Of a stretch of DNA of 64,000 nt, positions 19,701 to 29,024 are shown one piece after another. A model generated the notes under the pieces. That model searched no databases. It was not told the origin of the DNA and saw only the letters and a program-made list of their open reading frames with translations. The position numbers and the translations under genes were made by a program. The stretch is from Nitrosomonas sp. (GTDB lineage Bacteria > Pseudomonadota > Gammaproteobacteria > Burkholderiales > Nitrosomonadaceae). Location of the stretch: the NCBI GenBank assembly GCA_044228295.1, contig JBGAVE010000008.1:15235-79234 (forward strand), given 5' to 3'. Positions within the stretch are counted from its first letter, which is position 1. Every line of letters starts with the position of its first letter.

Positions 19701-22700
19701 GTGAGCGCATTTATGCTATTAATAGCTGGAATGACTCTAACCCAGGAAATACGGTTTCTACACTTGATGGAGTTCTTAAGTTAGAACCATTGGTACATCC
19801 TTATTTCAATGCAACTAATATCCCTAACTTTCAGCAGCCCGATTGTACAAACTTATGGCAAAGTGTGGGGGGCGATGCACACGAATTTGAGGTTCATTAC
19901 GGTATGCGTTACAAATGTGATTGGTTAGGCGCTCGAACCACCCTACAACGCTGGTTTTCTGACCCGCTGGTCAATAAAGAAGGCATACATAGAGGACTAG
20001 GTGTTACTTTTACACACGATCACCTAGGGCCATCAACGCATCAGCAATTAGGGCTTTATGCCACAATGCTGACAGAACCGCCTGGATCTGAATGGCGACA
20101 CAATGAAACTGGCGAGAAGCTTTATAATGCGGCGGTGCGTATGGATGGTGGCCCCACTTCCTGGCAAGCAGTGATAACTGCAAAAAATGGAACTTTGATC
20201 GATTTGGATAAGAATGGAAGCGATGATTCACATCGCGAATTTTTCCTTCAATTTGGTGATTTTCAGCATGCATATGTGAAAGGTGCTTATTATGGCGTGA
20301 CTGAGAAGAAGGGTTATGGCTGGATGTGGGATCCAGCTCAAACAGCTAAACCTACTCCAGACAGTTTTCGCGCAGCAATCAATCCCTCGTTCAGGAAACC
20401 TGCTCAACCGGTGTTCCCAGATATCATTGCTTTTGAGCCCTATTGCCCAGGAGGTAAGGGCACTAGTCCGAATAGCTTACTACCCGGTTCGGTGTATCTC
20501 ACGGCAACGGATTTCAGTAATACGCAATTATATGATGCGTCAGGTAGACCTAACCGTCCCTGCGCTGAAGCGATCTCGGCTGATGATGTCGGTATGATGG
20601 TTGTTAATTATCGCAATGAGCCGATCGGTGCGCGCGTGTACGATCCCATTCAAAACAAACAAGTTACTGGAATTCAAGGAGACCTAGCATTTGCAATGCA
20701 TAATATGAATCGTGCATGGTCACCTCTTAATACTACTAAAGGCCTTGCACCGTATCCCACAGATTTAACTTTTCACATGATTCCCACTGATCCGTTCACT
20801 CCCATTATGCGAGCTTATTCGGGTGATCGAGTACGTGTAAAAGTTCAAGGGGGGTCCCATGAACATGAGCACAATGGTTCCATTAACGCAATGGCTTGGT
20901 TACAAGGGGGGTCTGGTTTCGGACGAGCTCCTCATTCTGGCTGGAAAAATTCCCAGAATACCGGTTTGTCTGAACAATTTACATTTGATGTATCGATTAC
21001 GGACTATTGGAGTGACACCTATTTACATGATCGTATGTATACGGTTGATTCCAGTCAAGACGGTTTATGGAATGGCGTATGGGGTATTTTACGCAGTAAA
21101 AATACTCGAGATGCTGGAGATGATTCACTGGTTACGCTACCTAGTAATCCTATTCCAACAGTGCTTTTGCCAGGACAAGGAATCGGCTCAGATAATGTTT
21201 GCCCAGCAAATGCTAGGGTTCGTTCATATGAAGTTGTCGCTGTACTAGCCAATCGTGCTCTTGATAATTCTCTAGGTGTCACGATTCCTTCAGCACGTAA
21301 TACACAAAATGCTACTCCGGGTTCTTCCAAGCTTAATCCGGGTGGAGGCACGCTTGTCTATAACCCGCGTGCAACAAACATAACCATGATGGTTGATGAT
21401 GGTATGGGAGGGAAAAAACAGGAAGTTTTCGGCGTTGGTCCCCTTCATGATCCTACGGCCATACTTCTTGTGCGTAAGGGAGATTTGGATCTGGCAAACA
21501 AAATTAAACCAGGAAAGCCGGTAGAACCTATCGTGTTAAGAGCTGCGGCTGGGGAATGTATTCAAGTGATTTTGCATAATAAATTACCGGAAAATCCCGA
21601 AGAAATGCCTGATCTTGATGGTTATACTTCGGTTTCTGGGATTATTCACCGTGATACGAACGATCCAAATGGTTCTGTGACATCATTCAATAACAATTTG
21701 ATACGTCCGTCCAACGAGATAGGGCTACATCCTCAACTGGTCCATTATAACGTCCAAACTTATGATGGTAATAACGTTGGTGTCAATAAGCGCAGCACTA
21801 TTAAGCCCGGAGAAACCATCGTTTATCAGTGGTACGCTGGTGCGGTCGAGCTTTCTTCAAATGGAGGATTGGTGTGTGATGATATTGCTAATGATTCGAA
21901 CGCATATGAGAAATTAAGTCTTTTTGCACAGCTTTCCAAAGAATTTAATGGCTTACCGACGCGTTCTCCATTGATAACTTTGCCAGAAGAGCCTCGAAAA
22001 GTTTTTCAAAGGATTATATTTTCATTGTCGAATGAAGATGAAATAAGATTTGATCCAAAAATAGAAGAGCGACTATTTGATATAGTGGTTCAGCAAGGTT
22101 TTTTTAATATCTATGCTGATGCTCTGCAAAATAAAGTAAATACTCTCGACGTAAGTAATCCATCAGATAATGTTAAGCCTGAAGCTTTATTTAGAGAGTT
22201 ATTAGCTACAAAATCTGATAACCAAACGCAATTAATTCAGCGTAGTGCGGATAATGAATCATTATTTGACAGTACGAAATACGTTGATCCAATTAAAGAT
22301 CTTACTTTTGGAAAGATTCAGGAGATTCGAAAAAGTTTGGCAAATAGCTTGATAAGTGGACTTGCCAACGAAACTCAAGCTGAGAGAATTGCTTTAAAAA
22401 TAGCTGATAAGCTTGTGATTAATTATTTTTATGAATCCATAGATTATCTTGCTAAAACTAGTCCCTATGCATGGAGAAGGGATTTTTTCAACGAGAAATT
22501 TAAGCCAGAATTAAATAGAGAAAAAATACGCTTAGTTAGATTAGATAATGCTTGTCGGTATGAACCTATTGAATTTGGCGGCACTAATTTGACACCTCCC
22601 GATCGGATCAAACAAGGACAAAAAGGTGCAGTAGGCGCATTGATTGTTGAACCAGAAGGCGCTTCTTGGTTTAGTAGTTCTATGGATAATGCAATTGATC

Positions 22701-23560
22701 GTCAGAATCCGGGCATGAATCAGTCTAATACACGTAAAACACGAGCTACGGCTACAGTGTTTTATCCTACGAACCAAATTGCCCCTCCTTTTAATTCCAA
22801 ATGGCGGTTTTTCAGAGATCTGGTGATGGTTCATCAGAAAGGGCTTAATTTTCGCTATGGAACAGGACTGCCAGTGCCTAATTTAGCTGCCGAAAAAGAA
22901 AATGCTAATCAAGATCCTATGCAAGTTGCTCCTGAAGATGCTCATGATTCTGGGCATATGGCAATCAATTATGGGTCTGAGCCAATGTGGTTTCGCTTTG
23001 GCTTACCGCCCGATGCTCCTTTTGGCAAGGAAGGATTTGGCGGCGCGCTTAATGCATGGCAAGCATTTAGTAATATTGGCTGTTGTGATAACGGCGGTAC
23101 CGTAGTGAGTGCGGACAAGCTCGCCGCTATAGGTCAGCCAGAACCTTATATTCCGATAATGAAAGTATATACTGGGCAAGAGATGCGGATTCGTTCCTTA
23201 TTACCCACTGGCGTTGGTCGAGCTTCAACCGTAGAGTTGCATGGACATAGCTGGGCACGGGATCCTTATTTGCCTGACCCGACAACGTCGTCTAAATGTA
23301 TCGGTGGAAATCCAATGTCGATGTATTTGAGTGGCCAAGAAAGCATTTCTCCAATGGCGCATTTTGACATGGTATTTCCACGTGCCGGTGGACCGTCATC
23401 TCCGGATCGGAAAAAAGGTGTGTCAGGGGATTATCTCTGGCGCGATCATGGCGGGTTTGGCATTACCAATGGCCTATGGGCATTAGTGAGAGCCGAGCCG
23501 CTTATGTTTGGCATTTTCCCTTTAGCAAAAGATTCTTCTCGGGCGAGTTGTCACCTTTAA
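16715..23560 (+). CDS. Giant secreted multicopper oxidase, MnxG-like (putative Mn(II) oxidase family)
   Basis: Signal peptide; Cu motifs FHPQG, HIFHLHNH, HCHFYPHFAQGM (type 1 site), HIHLP, THDH, HEHEH, LHPQL and LHGH; GAGGGGG RBS before the ATG at 16715. Confidence 0.85.
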   Translation: MKFKHKFLRIVISLLSFFVVGSISAQMPQLKGSSNSLVKQPGFQKLESCRNALVADVVAIDHPMVFNRLGAQNVNWMMYALRHDIIDVASNKTLDYTIVGDQLFASAKANNTSRGIALRPDLRPRPLVLRVAAGGYLKVNFTNLLHAASNPFDYPDQFLGIQHPTEHSPIDQLGLSASNLHKTYTLDDQVASRTVGFHPQGLELVNSMNDDSSYVGKNSNSMVAPGQTKTYCFYAPKEGAYLVSSDGAVFGGEGTSGNSGVGLFGAVTVQPSSGKNNKNGNLGTRFYRAQVTEEELRLATTGTTPSGQPIINYEAIYPNDCPTGPLCKEGKSGKPILNMVHNNRIIHGDINALIVGPHKDGSFSKDTYPLESLGAKNPALPNRLEPFREFVSIFHDENAATQAFPYFFEHPELKHTLHGVRDAFMINYGSGGVGAEIIANRLKAGPMQDCLDCAYEEFFLSSFAVGDAAMLVDKPTNLRISQCQPEYLPGSTEFNTFCVQPPDQKAMEAYYPHDPANVHHSYIGDFVKFRNLHSGKEQHIFHLHNHQWLFNPNDDNSNYIDAQGIGPGSGYTYEIAYGGSGNRNKTVGDAIFHCHFYPHFAQGMWYMWRNHDVFEGGTPLEVSQTPTGFHKEPFGLMHGKPASKSRALPDGEIISGTPIPAIVPLPGKGMAPMPEPVHITQKVNGLGSKAELVNSFSEKTKNPGYPFWVAGVTEHGSHQSSIGSRPTTPPLDMSSIPGVVDGWDGGLPRHALAGYLAGGDAESKISRFTAEKHLKKAKPIYYPEKGTALEQIAMEFHAKPRPGHTTSAIDMAGSVFASFFATNGAKAVPGAPYNEPCIDDRGELLKTGGNGQFFGGTPGTYIDVDPALLPMGIEFGADKPRVYKGANLQLDVIFNKLGYHYPQQRILTLWQDVASLLNETRPPEPLVIRMNTFDCAMYAHTNLVPHFFYGDDYQITTPTDVIGQHIHLPKWDLTSADGGANGWNYEDGTFSPGMVRERIYAINSWNDSNPGNTVSTLDGVLKLEPLVHPYFNATNIPNFQQPDCTNLWQSVGGDAHEFEVHYGMRYKCDWLGARTTLQRWFSDPLVNKEGIHRGLGVTFTHDHLGPSTHQQLGLYATMLTEPPGSEWRHNETGEKLYNAAVRMDGGPTSWQAVITAKNGTLIDLDKNGSDDSHREFFLQFGDFQHAYVKGAYYGVTEKKGYGWMWDPAQTAKPTPDSFRAAINPSFRKPAQPVFPDIIAFEPYCPGGKGTSPNSLLPGSVYLTATDFSNTQLYDASGRPNRPCAEAISADDVGMMVVNYRNEPIGARVYDPIQNKQVTGIQGDLAFAMHNMNRAWSPLNTTKGLAPYPTDLTFHMIPTDPFTPIMRAYSGDRVRVKVQGGSHEHEHNGSINAMAWLQGGSGFGRAPHSGWKNSQNTGLSEQFTFDVSITDYWSDTYLHDRMYTVDSSQDGLWNGVWGILRSKNTRDAGDDSLVTLPSNPIPTVLLPGQGIGSDNVCPANARVRSYEVVAVLANRALDNSLGVTIPSARNTQNATPGSSKLNPGGGTLVYNPRATNITMMVDDGMGGKKQEVFGVGPLHDPTAILLVRKGDLDLANKIKPGKPVEPIVLRAAAGECIQVILHNKLPENPEEMPDLDGYTSVSGIIHRDTNDPNGSVTSFNNNLIRPSNEIGLHPQLVHYNVQTYDGNNVGVNKRSTIKPGETIVYQWYAGAVELSSNGGLVCDDIANDSNAYEKLSLFAQLSKEFNGLPTRSPLITLPEEPRKVFQRIIFSLSNEDEIRFDPKIEERLFDIVVQQGFFNIYADALQNKVNTLDVSNPSDNVKPEALFRELLATKSDNQTQLIQRSADNESLFDSTKYVDPIKDLTFGKIQEIRKSLANSLISGLANETQAERIALKIADKLVINYFYESIDYLAKTSPYAWRRDFFNEKFKPELNREKIRLVRLDNACRYEPIEFGGTNLTPPDRIKQGQKGAVGALIVEPEGASWFSSSMDNAIDRQNPGMNQSNTRKTRATATVFYPTNQIAPPFNSKWRFFRDLVMVHQKGLNFRYGTGLPVPNLAAEKENANQDPMQVAPEDAHDSGHMAINYGSEPMWFRFGLPPDAPFGKEGFGGALNAWQAFSNIGCCDNGGTVVSADKLAAIGQPEPYIPIMKVYTGQEMRIRSLLPTGVGRASTVELHGHSWARDPYLPDPTTSSKCIGGNPMSMYLSGQESISPMAHFDMVFPRAGGPSSPDRKKGVSGDYLWRDHGGFGITNGLWALVRAEPLMFGIFPLAKDSSRASCHL

Positions 23561-25450
23561 ATGAAGTGGAAACTATGTCTGCTTAGTATAATGTTTGCTG
23601 TACCTGTTAAGGCTGAACCTGTTCGGTATGTGGACAAGATTATAGAACGAGAAGGTATTATTATTCGTTTTCGGGTCGAAGCTGTTGAAGATAGCGCAAC
23701 ACCATCTTTGCAAATCGGTCAGAAGGTTCGATTATGGCTTGAAGGTAAGCGTTTAGCTGATGATCAGCCAATCAACAATTGGCAGTTGGGAGCTTGGCTT
23801 GATCGGGAAACTGATGTTATGTCGGGGGCTGTGCCGGTTTGCGGTCAAAGGGTCTCGCGGTATCTGAGTGGCAACCTAATTGAACGCCCATTGCTGGATC
23901 TGACAGGATACTATGTGCTGAGCTTGGATGCTGAATCCAGCGTTTCAGTGTTGGATCCATCGGTTAGTTTTAGCGGACGTAGCAGCTTATACAGTGCGAT
24001 GAAGCTCGATGGAAAAGGATTCGATTGGGTCAAAACCAGTGATGATATGCGATTATATGTGGCATTACCGAATGAAAACAAGCTGGTGATTGCCGATTTG
24101 CAAACACTCAGTGTATTGGATCACTTGGTTTTGTCTGGACAACCTACGCGCCTAGCATTACAGCCTGATGAGCGCTTGCTGTGGGTGGGTTTAACTGGAA
24201 CAAGTCCGCAGGAAAGTGCCATTGAAATCATCGATACCATTCATGATAAATCTGTAACAAGAATTCCTTTATCACCCGGCTATCACGAAATCGCTTTTTC
24301 TAGTGATGGTCGCCATGCTTTTATCAGCAATCGACAAAGCAAATCGATGACTATCGTCGATGCAATCACATTAAAAGTGGTGCGTGAAGTTGATCTGGGT
24401 TTTGAGCCACTTGGTTTGGTTTTTGTAGATAAGCAGTCATTGCTGTGGGTAGTCAATGCCAAGGCTGGGCGCATTCATCGCTTTGACACCAAGGGCAATC
24501 CAATCGACAATCTAGTATTGGAACCCGGTCTAGGACCAATCAAGCTGACGCCGGACGCACGCTATGCTTTGGTAGTCAATCCAAGTCAGCATTGGATTCA
24601 TGTACTGGATGTTGAAACCGGTAAAGAAAAGCATCGCGTTACCCTTTCCGGTCAACCTTACGATATTTTGTTTTCCGACAAATATGCGTACATCCGAACA
24701 TTGCAAAGCGAACAGATTGGAATGTTGTCGCTCAGCAGCCTCGAAAGTGAACAACCGATTATGAAGTTGGTTCCAGCCGGCGCTGGTGCATTATCGGAAA
24801 CGCAGAATCTTCCACGCGCTTCCAGTATGTCACTGACGCTGGATCGTTCCGGCGCCTTCTTCGCAACACCATCCGAACGCACACTCTATCATTATATGGA
24901 GGGGATGAATGCGCCCAATTCCGGTTTAAAAACATTTGGGCATACTCCCATGTCGGCGATGGTGGTACGACGTGGATTGCGTGAGGTTAAACCCGGTCAA
25001 TATTCCGCAGTGATCCGACTGCCATCTGCGGGAAAAATGGTATTGGCTTTAGCAAGCGAAGCTCCGGTATTGAGAGAATGTTTGGGATTGAAGATTGATA
25101 CAACGGTTAACACGAGTAGCGATGATGACATTGTCGTGCACTGGCTCAGTGATGGGATACAAAAAACGAGCACCAATTTACCTGTAGATTTTCGCGTCAA
25201 AGTTAAAGAACAGTCTAAAGACACGGGATCGCCCATCAGTCAATTAAGATTGCGAATTGTTCCGGTAAAAGGTGGTACTGCAGCAATCTGGCCTATGCAA
25301 GCCGACCCCGAAAAACCAGGTGAATGGTTTACTCGCGGTAAGCTCACGCAGAGCGGCGGTTATTACGTTCATATCGAAGGAAATAGACCTGTAAAATCAT
25401 CTTTTTCGACCGTGTTAGTAGAAAAACCAAAAAATCCTTTGGAGAACTAA
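23561..25450 (+). CDS. YncE/YVTN-type beta-propeller secreted protein
   Basis: Signal peptide; repeated propeller blades (QPTRLALQPDERLLWV, IAFSSDGRHAFISN, LTPDARYALVVN); starts immediately after the oxidase stop. Confidence 0.8.
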   Translation: MKWKLCLLSIMFAVPVKAEPVRYVDKIIEREGIIIRFRVEAVEDSATPSLQIGQKVRLWLEGKRLADDQPINNWQLGAWLDRETDVMSGAVPVCGQRVSRYLSGNLIERPLLDLTGYYVLSLDAESSVSVLDPSVSFSGRSSLYSAMKLDGKGFDWVKTSDDMRLYVALPNENKLVIADLQTLSVLDHLVLSGQPTRLALQPDERLLWVGLTGTSPQESAIEIIDTIHDKSVTRIPLSPGYHEIAFSSDGRHAFISNRQSKSMTIVDAITLKVVREVDLGFEPLGLVFVDKQSLLWVVNAKAGRIHRFDTKGNPIDNLVLEPGLGPIKLTPDARYALVVNPSQHWIHVLDVETGKEKHRVTLSGQPYDILFSDKYAYIRTLQSEQIGMLSLSSLESEQPIMKLVPAGAGALSETQNLPRASSMSLTLDRSGAFFATPSERTLYHYMEGMNAPNSGLKTFGHTPMSAMVVRRGLREVKPGQYSAVIRLPSAGKMVLALASEAPVLRECLGLKIDTTVNTSSDDDIVVHWLSDGIQKTSTNLPVDFRVKVKEQSKDTGSPISQLRLRIVPVKGGTAAIWPMQADPEKPGEWFTRGKLTQSGGYYVHIEGNRPVKSSFSTVLVEKPKNPLEN

Positions 25451-26037
25451 TGTACGCGAAATTTAGCGTTATTTTGATCTCGCTGATAGCAACCATAGGG
25501 TGGGCTCAACCGCCTGAAAATTTAAAAAAACACACGAAAATAAGCAACGCACATCAAACACAACTTGTTTTGCCGAATATCATCGTTGTAGACAGTCAGA
25601 ATCGTGAACATCGACTGTTGAATTTATTGCAAGATCAAGTTGCAATTGTTAATTTTGTCTTTACTTCCTGCACGACAATTTGTCCTGTGCTTAGTATGAC
25701 CATGCAAGCTATCGAAAAGCAGTTGCAGAATCAATTGGGGAAAGGTGTTATTTTGATTTCTATTTCTGTCGATCCAACAAGGGATACACCGGAGAAATTA
25801 CGCATATATGCAGAAAAATTAGGTGCAGGGCAGCACTGGTATTGGTTGACCGGAAGAGTGTCAGAGATTAATCAAGTGTTGAAAGCATTTGGAATTCCAG
25901 TCGGACGTCCCGAAGATCATCCGCCGGTTATTCTGGTAGGTAATACAAATTCTGATCATTGGTTACGTTGGGTTGGCATCCCATCCCCAGAAACCATCAT
26001 TGACGCAATTGATGTGGTTGCCAGAGAAAACTTGTAG
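25450..26037 (+). CDS. SCO1/SenC copper chaperone
   Basis: FTSCTTICP CxxxC motif, ISVDPTRDT and a conserved His (EDHPP). Confidence 0.9.
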   Translation: MYAKFSVILISLIATIGWAQPPENLKKHTKISNAHQTQLVLPNIIVVDSQNREHRLLNLLQDQVAIVNFVFTSCTTICPVLSMTMQAIEKQLQNQLGKGVILISISVDPTRDTPEKLRIYAEKLGAGQHWYWLTGRVSEINQVLKAFGIPVGRPEDHPPVILVGNTNSDHWLRWVGIPSPETIIDAIDVVARENL

Positions 26038-26042
26038 AGGAA

Positions 26043-26630
26043 ATGATGAAAAAAGTCACTCTATCACTAGTACTGATATTGGTTAGCTTGATATCAACAA
26101 CCATTCAAGCTTCGGCAACTAATGCACAACCAGAGAATCGACTGGAGCGTGCACGCAATTATTTTGGTGATGATCTTTTAATCGATCAGAATGGGGTGTC
26201 ACATCGATTTGTCAGCGATTTGCTGAGTCAGCATGTGGTATTAATTAATGTTATTTTTACTCACTGCCAGGATGCCTGCCCGATGCAAACTCAAAAACTG
26301 CAAGTCGTTCGGAAACAACTTGGAAAGCATTTTGGCTCTCAGATTGCTTTCTTATCATTATCCGTGGATCCCAAACGTGATGATTCTACTGCACTAAAAG
26401 CTTTTGCAGAGAAGCAGCAGGCTAATGTTCCTGGGTGGTCGTTTCTTACGGCGGATGAAACAACCATGGCAAAAATTTTGGGTCGCCTAAATCAGTGGAC
26501 GGATGATCCTAACAATCATAGTACGTTATTGATTGCTGGCAACGCACGCAATGCGCACTGGGTAAAATTACGACCAGATTCACCGCCTGAACGCATTGTG
26601 GCTGATTTACTTCGTTTGATTGGACAGTAA
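26043..26630 (+). CDS. SCO1/SenC copper chaperone (second copy)
   Basis: FTHCQDACP CxxxC motif, LSVDPKRDD and NNHST. Confidence 0.9.
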   Translation: MMKKVTLSLVLILVSLISTTIQASATNAQPENRLERARNYFGDDLLIDQNGVSHRFVSDLLSQHVVLINVIFTHCQDACPMQTQKLQVVRKQLGKHFGSQIAFLSLSVDPKRDDSTALKAFAEKQQANVPGWSFLTADETTMAKILGRLNQWTDDPNNHSTLLIAGNARNAHWVKLRPDSPPERIVADLLRLIGQ

Positions 26631-26632
26631 AA

Positions 26633-27991
26633 GTGCTGCGATTGCACTATGTTTTTTTTCTATTTAGTTTCTGCTTAATTAGTCCTATTAACCTTGCACT
26701 GGCAACTAGTTCAATAGACCTTGGACGTTCAATCTATGAAAAAGGCGTCGGTCGAGATGGCAGAGAAATCGGTGCAATAGGACATGGCAGTGTTTCCTTG
26801 AAAGGTGCTGCTATAGCGTGTATCGGTTGTCACGGTATTGATGCGCGTGGCGGTGGCGAAGCCTTTGTTCAAGTGCCCGATATTCGTTGGATGAATCTCA
26901 GTAAACAATACCCAGCAAGGCGTATGGGGGCTACCGAAACATCCTACGATCAATCAAGTTTCTCCACGGCAGTGCGAACCGGCATAACGGCGACTGAGAG
27001 AAAATTAGATCCGGTAATGCCACGTTTTGATTTGGCAGACGATGAAATCAATGGCTTGATCGTATATCTTAGCTCCATTGATCAATTAAAAAATGCAGAA
27101 CAAGCTCGGTTAGTTATTCTTGGTTTGCTTCCCAAGCCAGGTCGGAACGCTCTCGCTGATGCGTTGGATTCGAAACTTAAAAATTGTTCTCCGAATGAAA
27201 ATGGTTTTCCGATTGCAGCCATCGACACGATTTATTTTGATACGCCAGAAGATGCAATTATTAAGTTAATGGAGCGTTTGAAAGAAAATCCAAATGCGCT
27301 GATTCTCGCGCCTTTCTTGCTGGGTTGGGAACATCAATATGCTAAAGCGATGCAACAATACAATGATGTGCCAACAGTTCTACCATTCTCCCTGTTAAAT
27401 CCACCCGATGAGAACAACTGGATTTTCTCCTTCCCAGGTCTCGAATCTCAAATATTAGCTTTACTAAAATCTGCAAAAGCAGAAGGCTATACGCAATTAC
27501 GCATTTACTCTGAGCCAGAAAATACCCTTGGCGTAAAACTCGCTACAGTCGCTATTGAAATGGCTAATGCGCATGGAATGTCGACCATAGCAGATGTATC
27601 AGAAAGAACGCATAAACAAGGAAAGATTGCTTCATTATGGCTAAAACAATTTAACCCAAATCAGGTAGAACAGAGCTTACTAAAAGATGAGCTGATGCTT
27701 GTACCGGTTCTGTTTTTCAAACCTAATCAATCGAACGAAAACTCTCAAAAGAATCTGCTGCCACAACGGCACATAGCTTACCCATATAATCCAAAAGTTG
27801 GTGAAAATGGAACATGGCGTAAGCCAGTCGATGTTTGGGCTGGGGCGGGTTGTAAATTTTTGTCACTCATTGGCGAAAAATCGCTAAGTCTCAATAAACT
27901 ACCAGAAATCTTAAAATGGGAGGATCATCTCTTTTTATATAACAGGCCCAATCTTGATTTACTCTCAGATCAGGTGTTTATTTATAAGTGA
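26633..27991 (+). CDS. Cytochrome c fused to a periplasmic-binding-protein-like domain
   Basis: Signal peptide, CIGCH heme motif, MPRF axial Met; C-terminal alpha/beta region. Confidence 0.8.
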   Translation: MLRLHYVFFLFSFCLISPINLALATSSIDLGRSIYEKGVGRDGREIGAIGHGSVSLKGAAIACIGCHGIDARGGGEAFVQVPDIRWMNLSKQYPARRMGATETSYDQSSFSTAVRTGITATERKLDPVMPRFDLADDEINGLIVYLSSIDQLKNAEQARLVILGLLPKPGRNALADALDSKLKNCSPNENGFPIAAIDTIYFDTPEDAIIKLMERLKENPNALILAPFLLGWEHQYAKAMQQYNDVPTVLPFSLLNPPDENNWIFSFPGLESQILALLKSAKAEGYTQLRIYSEPENTLGVKLATVAIEMANAHGMSTIADVSERTHKQGKIASLWLKQFNPNQVEQSLLKDELMLVPVLFFKPNQSNENSQKNLLPQRHIAYPYNPKVGENGTWRKPVDVWAGAGCKFLSLIGEKSLSLNKLPEILKWEDHLFLYNRPNLDLLSDQVFIYK

Positions 27992-28042
27992 ACATAGTTA
28001 CCATGATTAAAATTAGGGCCTGTTAACACTATTTGATATAAT

Positions 28043-28456
28043 ATGGTGATGGAAATCACCGAAACTCAATATCAACAGATCGAACACTGCATGCCGCGCC
28101 AGCGTGGCAATGTCAGTCATTCCAATCTACAAATTCTCAATGCTATTCTGTATGTTACCGAACATGGTTGCAAATGGCGCGGACTACCCAAACGCTTCGG
28201 TAACTGGCATACCATCTATACCCGAATGAATCGATGGACAAAGAGTGGCGTGCTGCAAAAAGTTTTTGAGCAGTTGCAGCAACAACAAATCATTCGCATC
28301 AAAATTGAAGCCGTTTCGATAGATAGCACCAGCATCAAAGTGCATCCTGATGGTATTGGTGCATTAAAAAAAACGGCCCGCAATCCATCGGTAAGTCCAG
28401 ATGCGGTTGGACCACCAAAATTCATCTGGTTGCCGCAGATTCCAGAGCAGCCATAA
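28043..28456 (+). CDS. IS5 transposase OrfA
   Basis: GCKWRGLPKRFGNWHTIYTRMNRW and IDSTSIKVH. Confidence 0.88.
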   Translation: MVMEITETQYQQIEHCMPRQRGNVSHSNLQILNAILYVTEHGCKWRGLPKRFGNWHTIYTRMNRWTKSGVLQKVFEQLQQQQIIRIKIEAVSIDSTSIKVHPDGIGALKKTARNPSVSPDAVGPPKFIWLPQIPEQP

Positions 28457-28479
28457 TCTTTGCCTTATCTCCGGGGCAT

Positions 28480-28806
28480 GTGCATGATGCGCCGGAAGGA
28501 CGGCAACTCCTCCTGGCGCTTGGCCCCGTCACTTCACCTACTCATCTACTGATGGATCGCGCTTATGAAGGTGATCAAACCAGACAACTTGCACTGGAGC
28601 TCGGTTATATCCCGGTTGTCCCGCCCAAAACTAATCGGTTGGAGCCCTGGGAATATGACCGCGCCATGTACAAAAAACGCAATGAAATCGAAAGATTATT
28701 CCGCAGACTCAAAGGATTTCGTCGAATATTCTCCAGATTCGACAAACCGGATGTCATCTTTCTCTCTTTCATCCATTTCGCTCTTATCGTTGAAGCACTT
28801 AGGTAG
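28480..28806 (+). CDS. IS5 transposase OrfB (joined to OrfA by a probable -1 frameshift)
   Basis: MDRAYE and YKKRNEIERLFRRLKGFRRI DDE motifs. Confidence 0.85.
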   Translation: MHDAPEGRQLLLALGPVTSPTHLLMDRAYEGDQTRQLALELGYIPVVPPKTNRLEPWEYDRAMYKKRNEIERLFRRLKGFRRIFSRFDKPDVIFLSFIHFALIVEALR

Positions 28807-29024
28807 TGTTAACAGGTCCTAGTTTGAAGTAAGTTACTTAAACCAAAGGAACTCTACGATGAAGAAGTCGGAATAGAGCCCAGCAACGGAGCGTCCTAGA
28901 TTTTGTGTAAACGGTGATTAATAATGCTGAGACATTCTTTCTAAAAACAACAGTGATCATTGTTGCGGTTAGGCGTGACACTGTACAATCCTTTTACCTG
29001 GATTCCTCAATGCTTGATCGATAA

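Larger units (their letters stand above)
28016..28819 (+). mobile_element. IS5-family insertion sequence (IS427-like, two ORFs), apparently intact
   Basis: 16-bp IRs GGGCCTGTTAACACTA / GGACCTGTTAACACTA, TA on both flanks, A8 run at 28366-28373. Confidence 0.9.

Noticed and set aside
21875-22555. Oxidase insertion as an intein
   Set aside because: It begins with Cys but ends LDN-A-C rather than (H)N-C/S/T, and shows no Hint block B or LAGLIDADG motifs
28890-28920. Possible IS256-like end (GAGCGTCCTAGATTTTGTGTAAAC)
   Set aside because: Resemblance is from memory only; no partner end or transposase fragment was found
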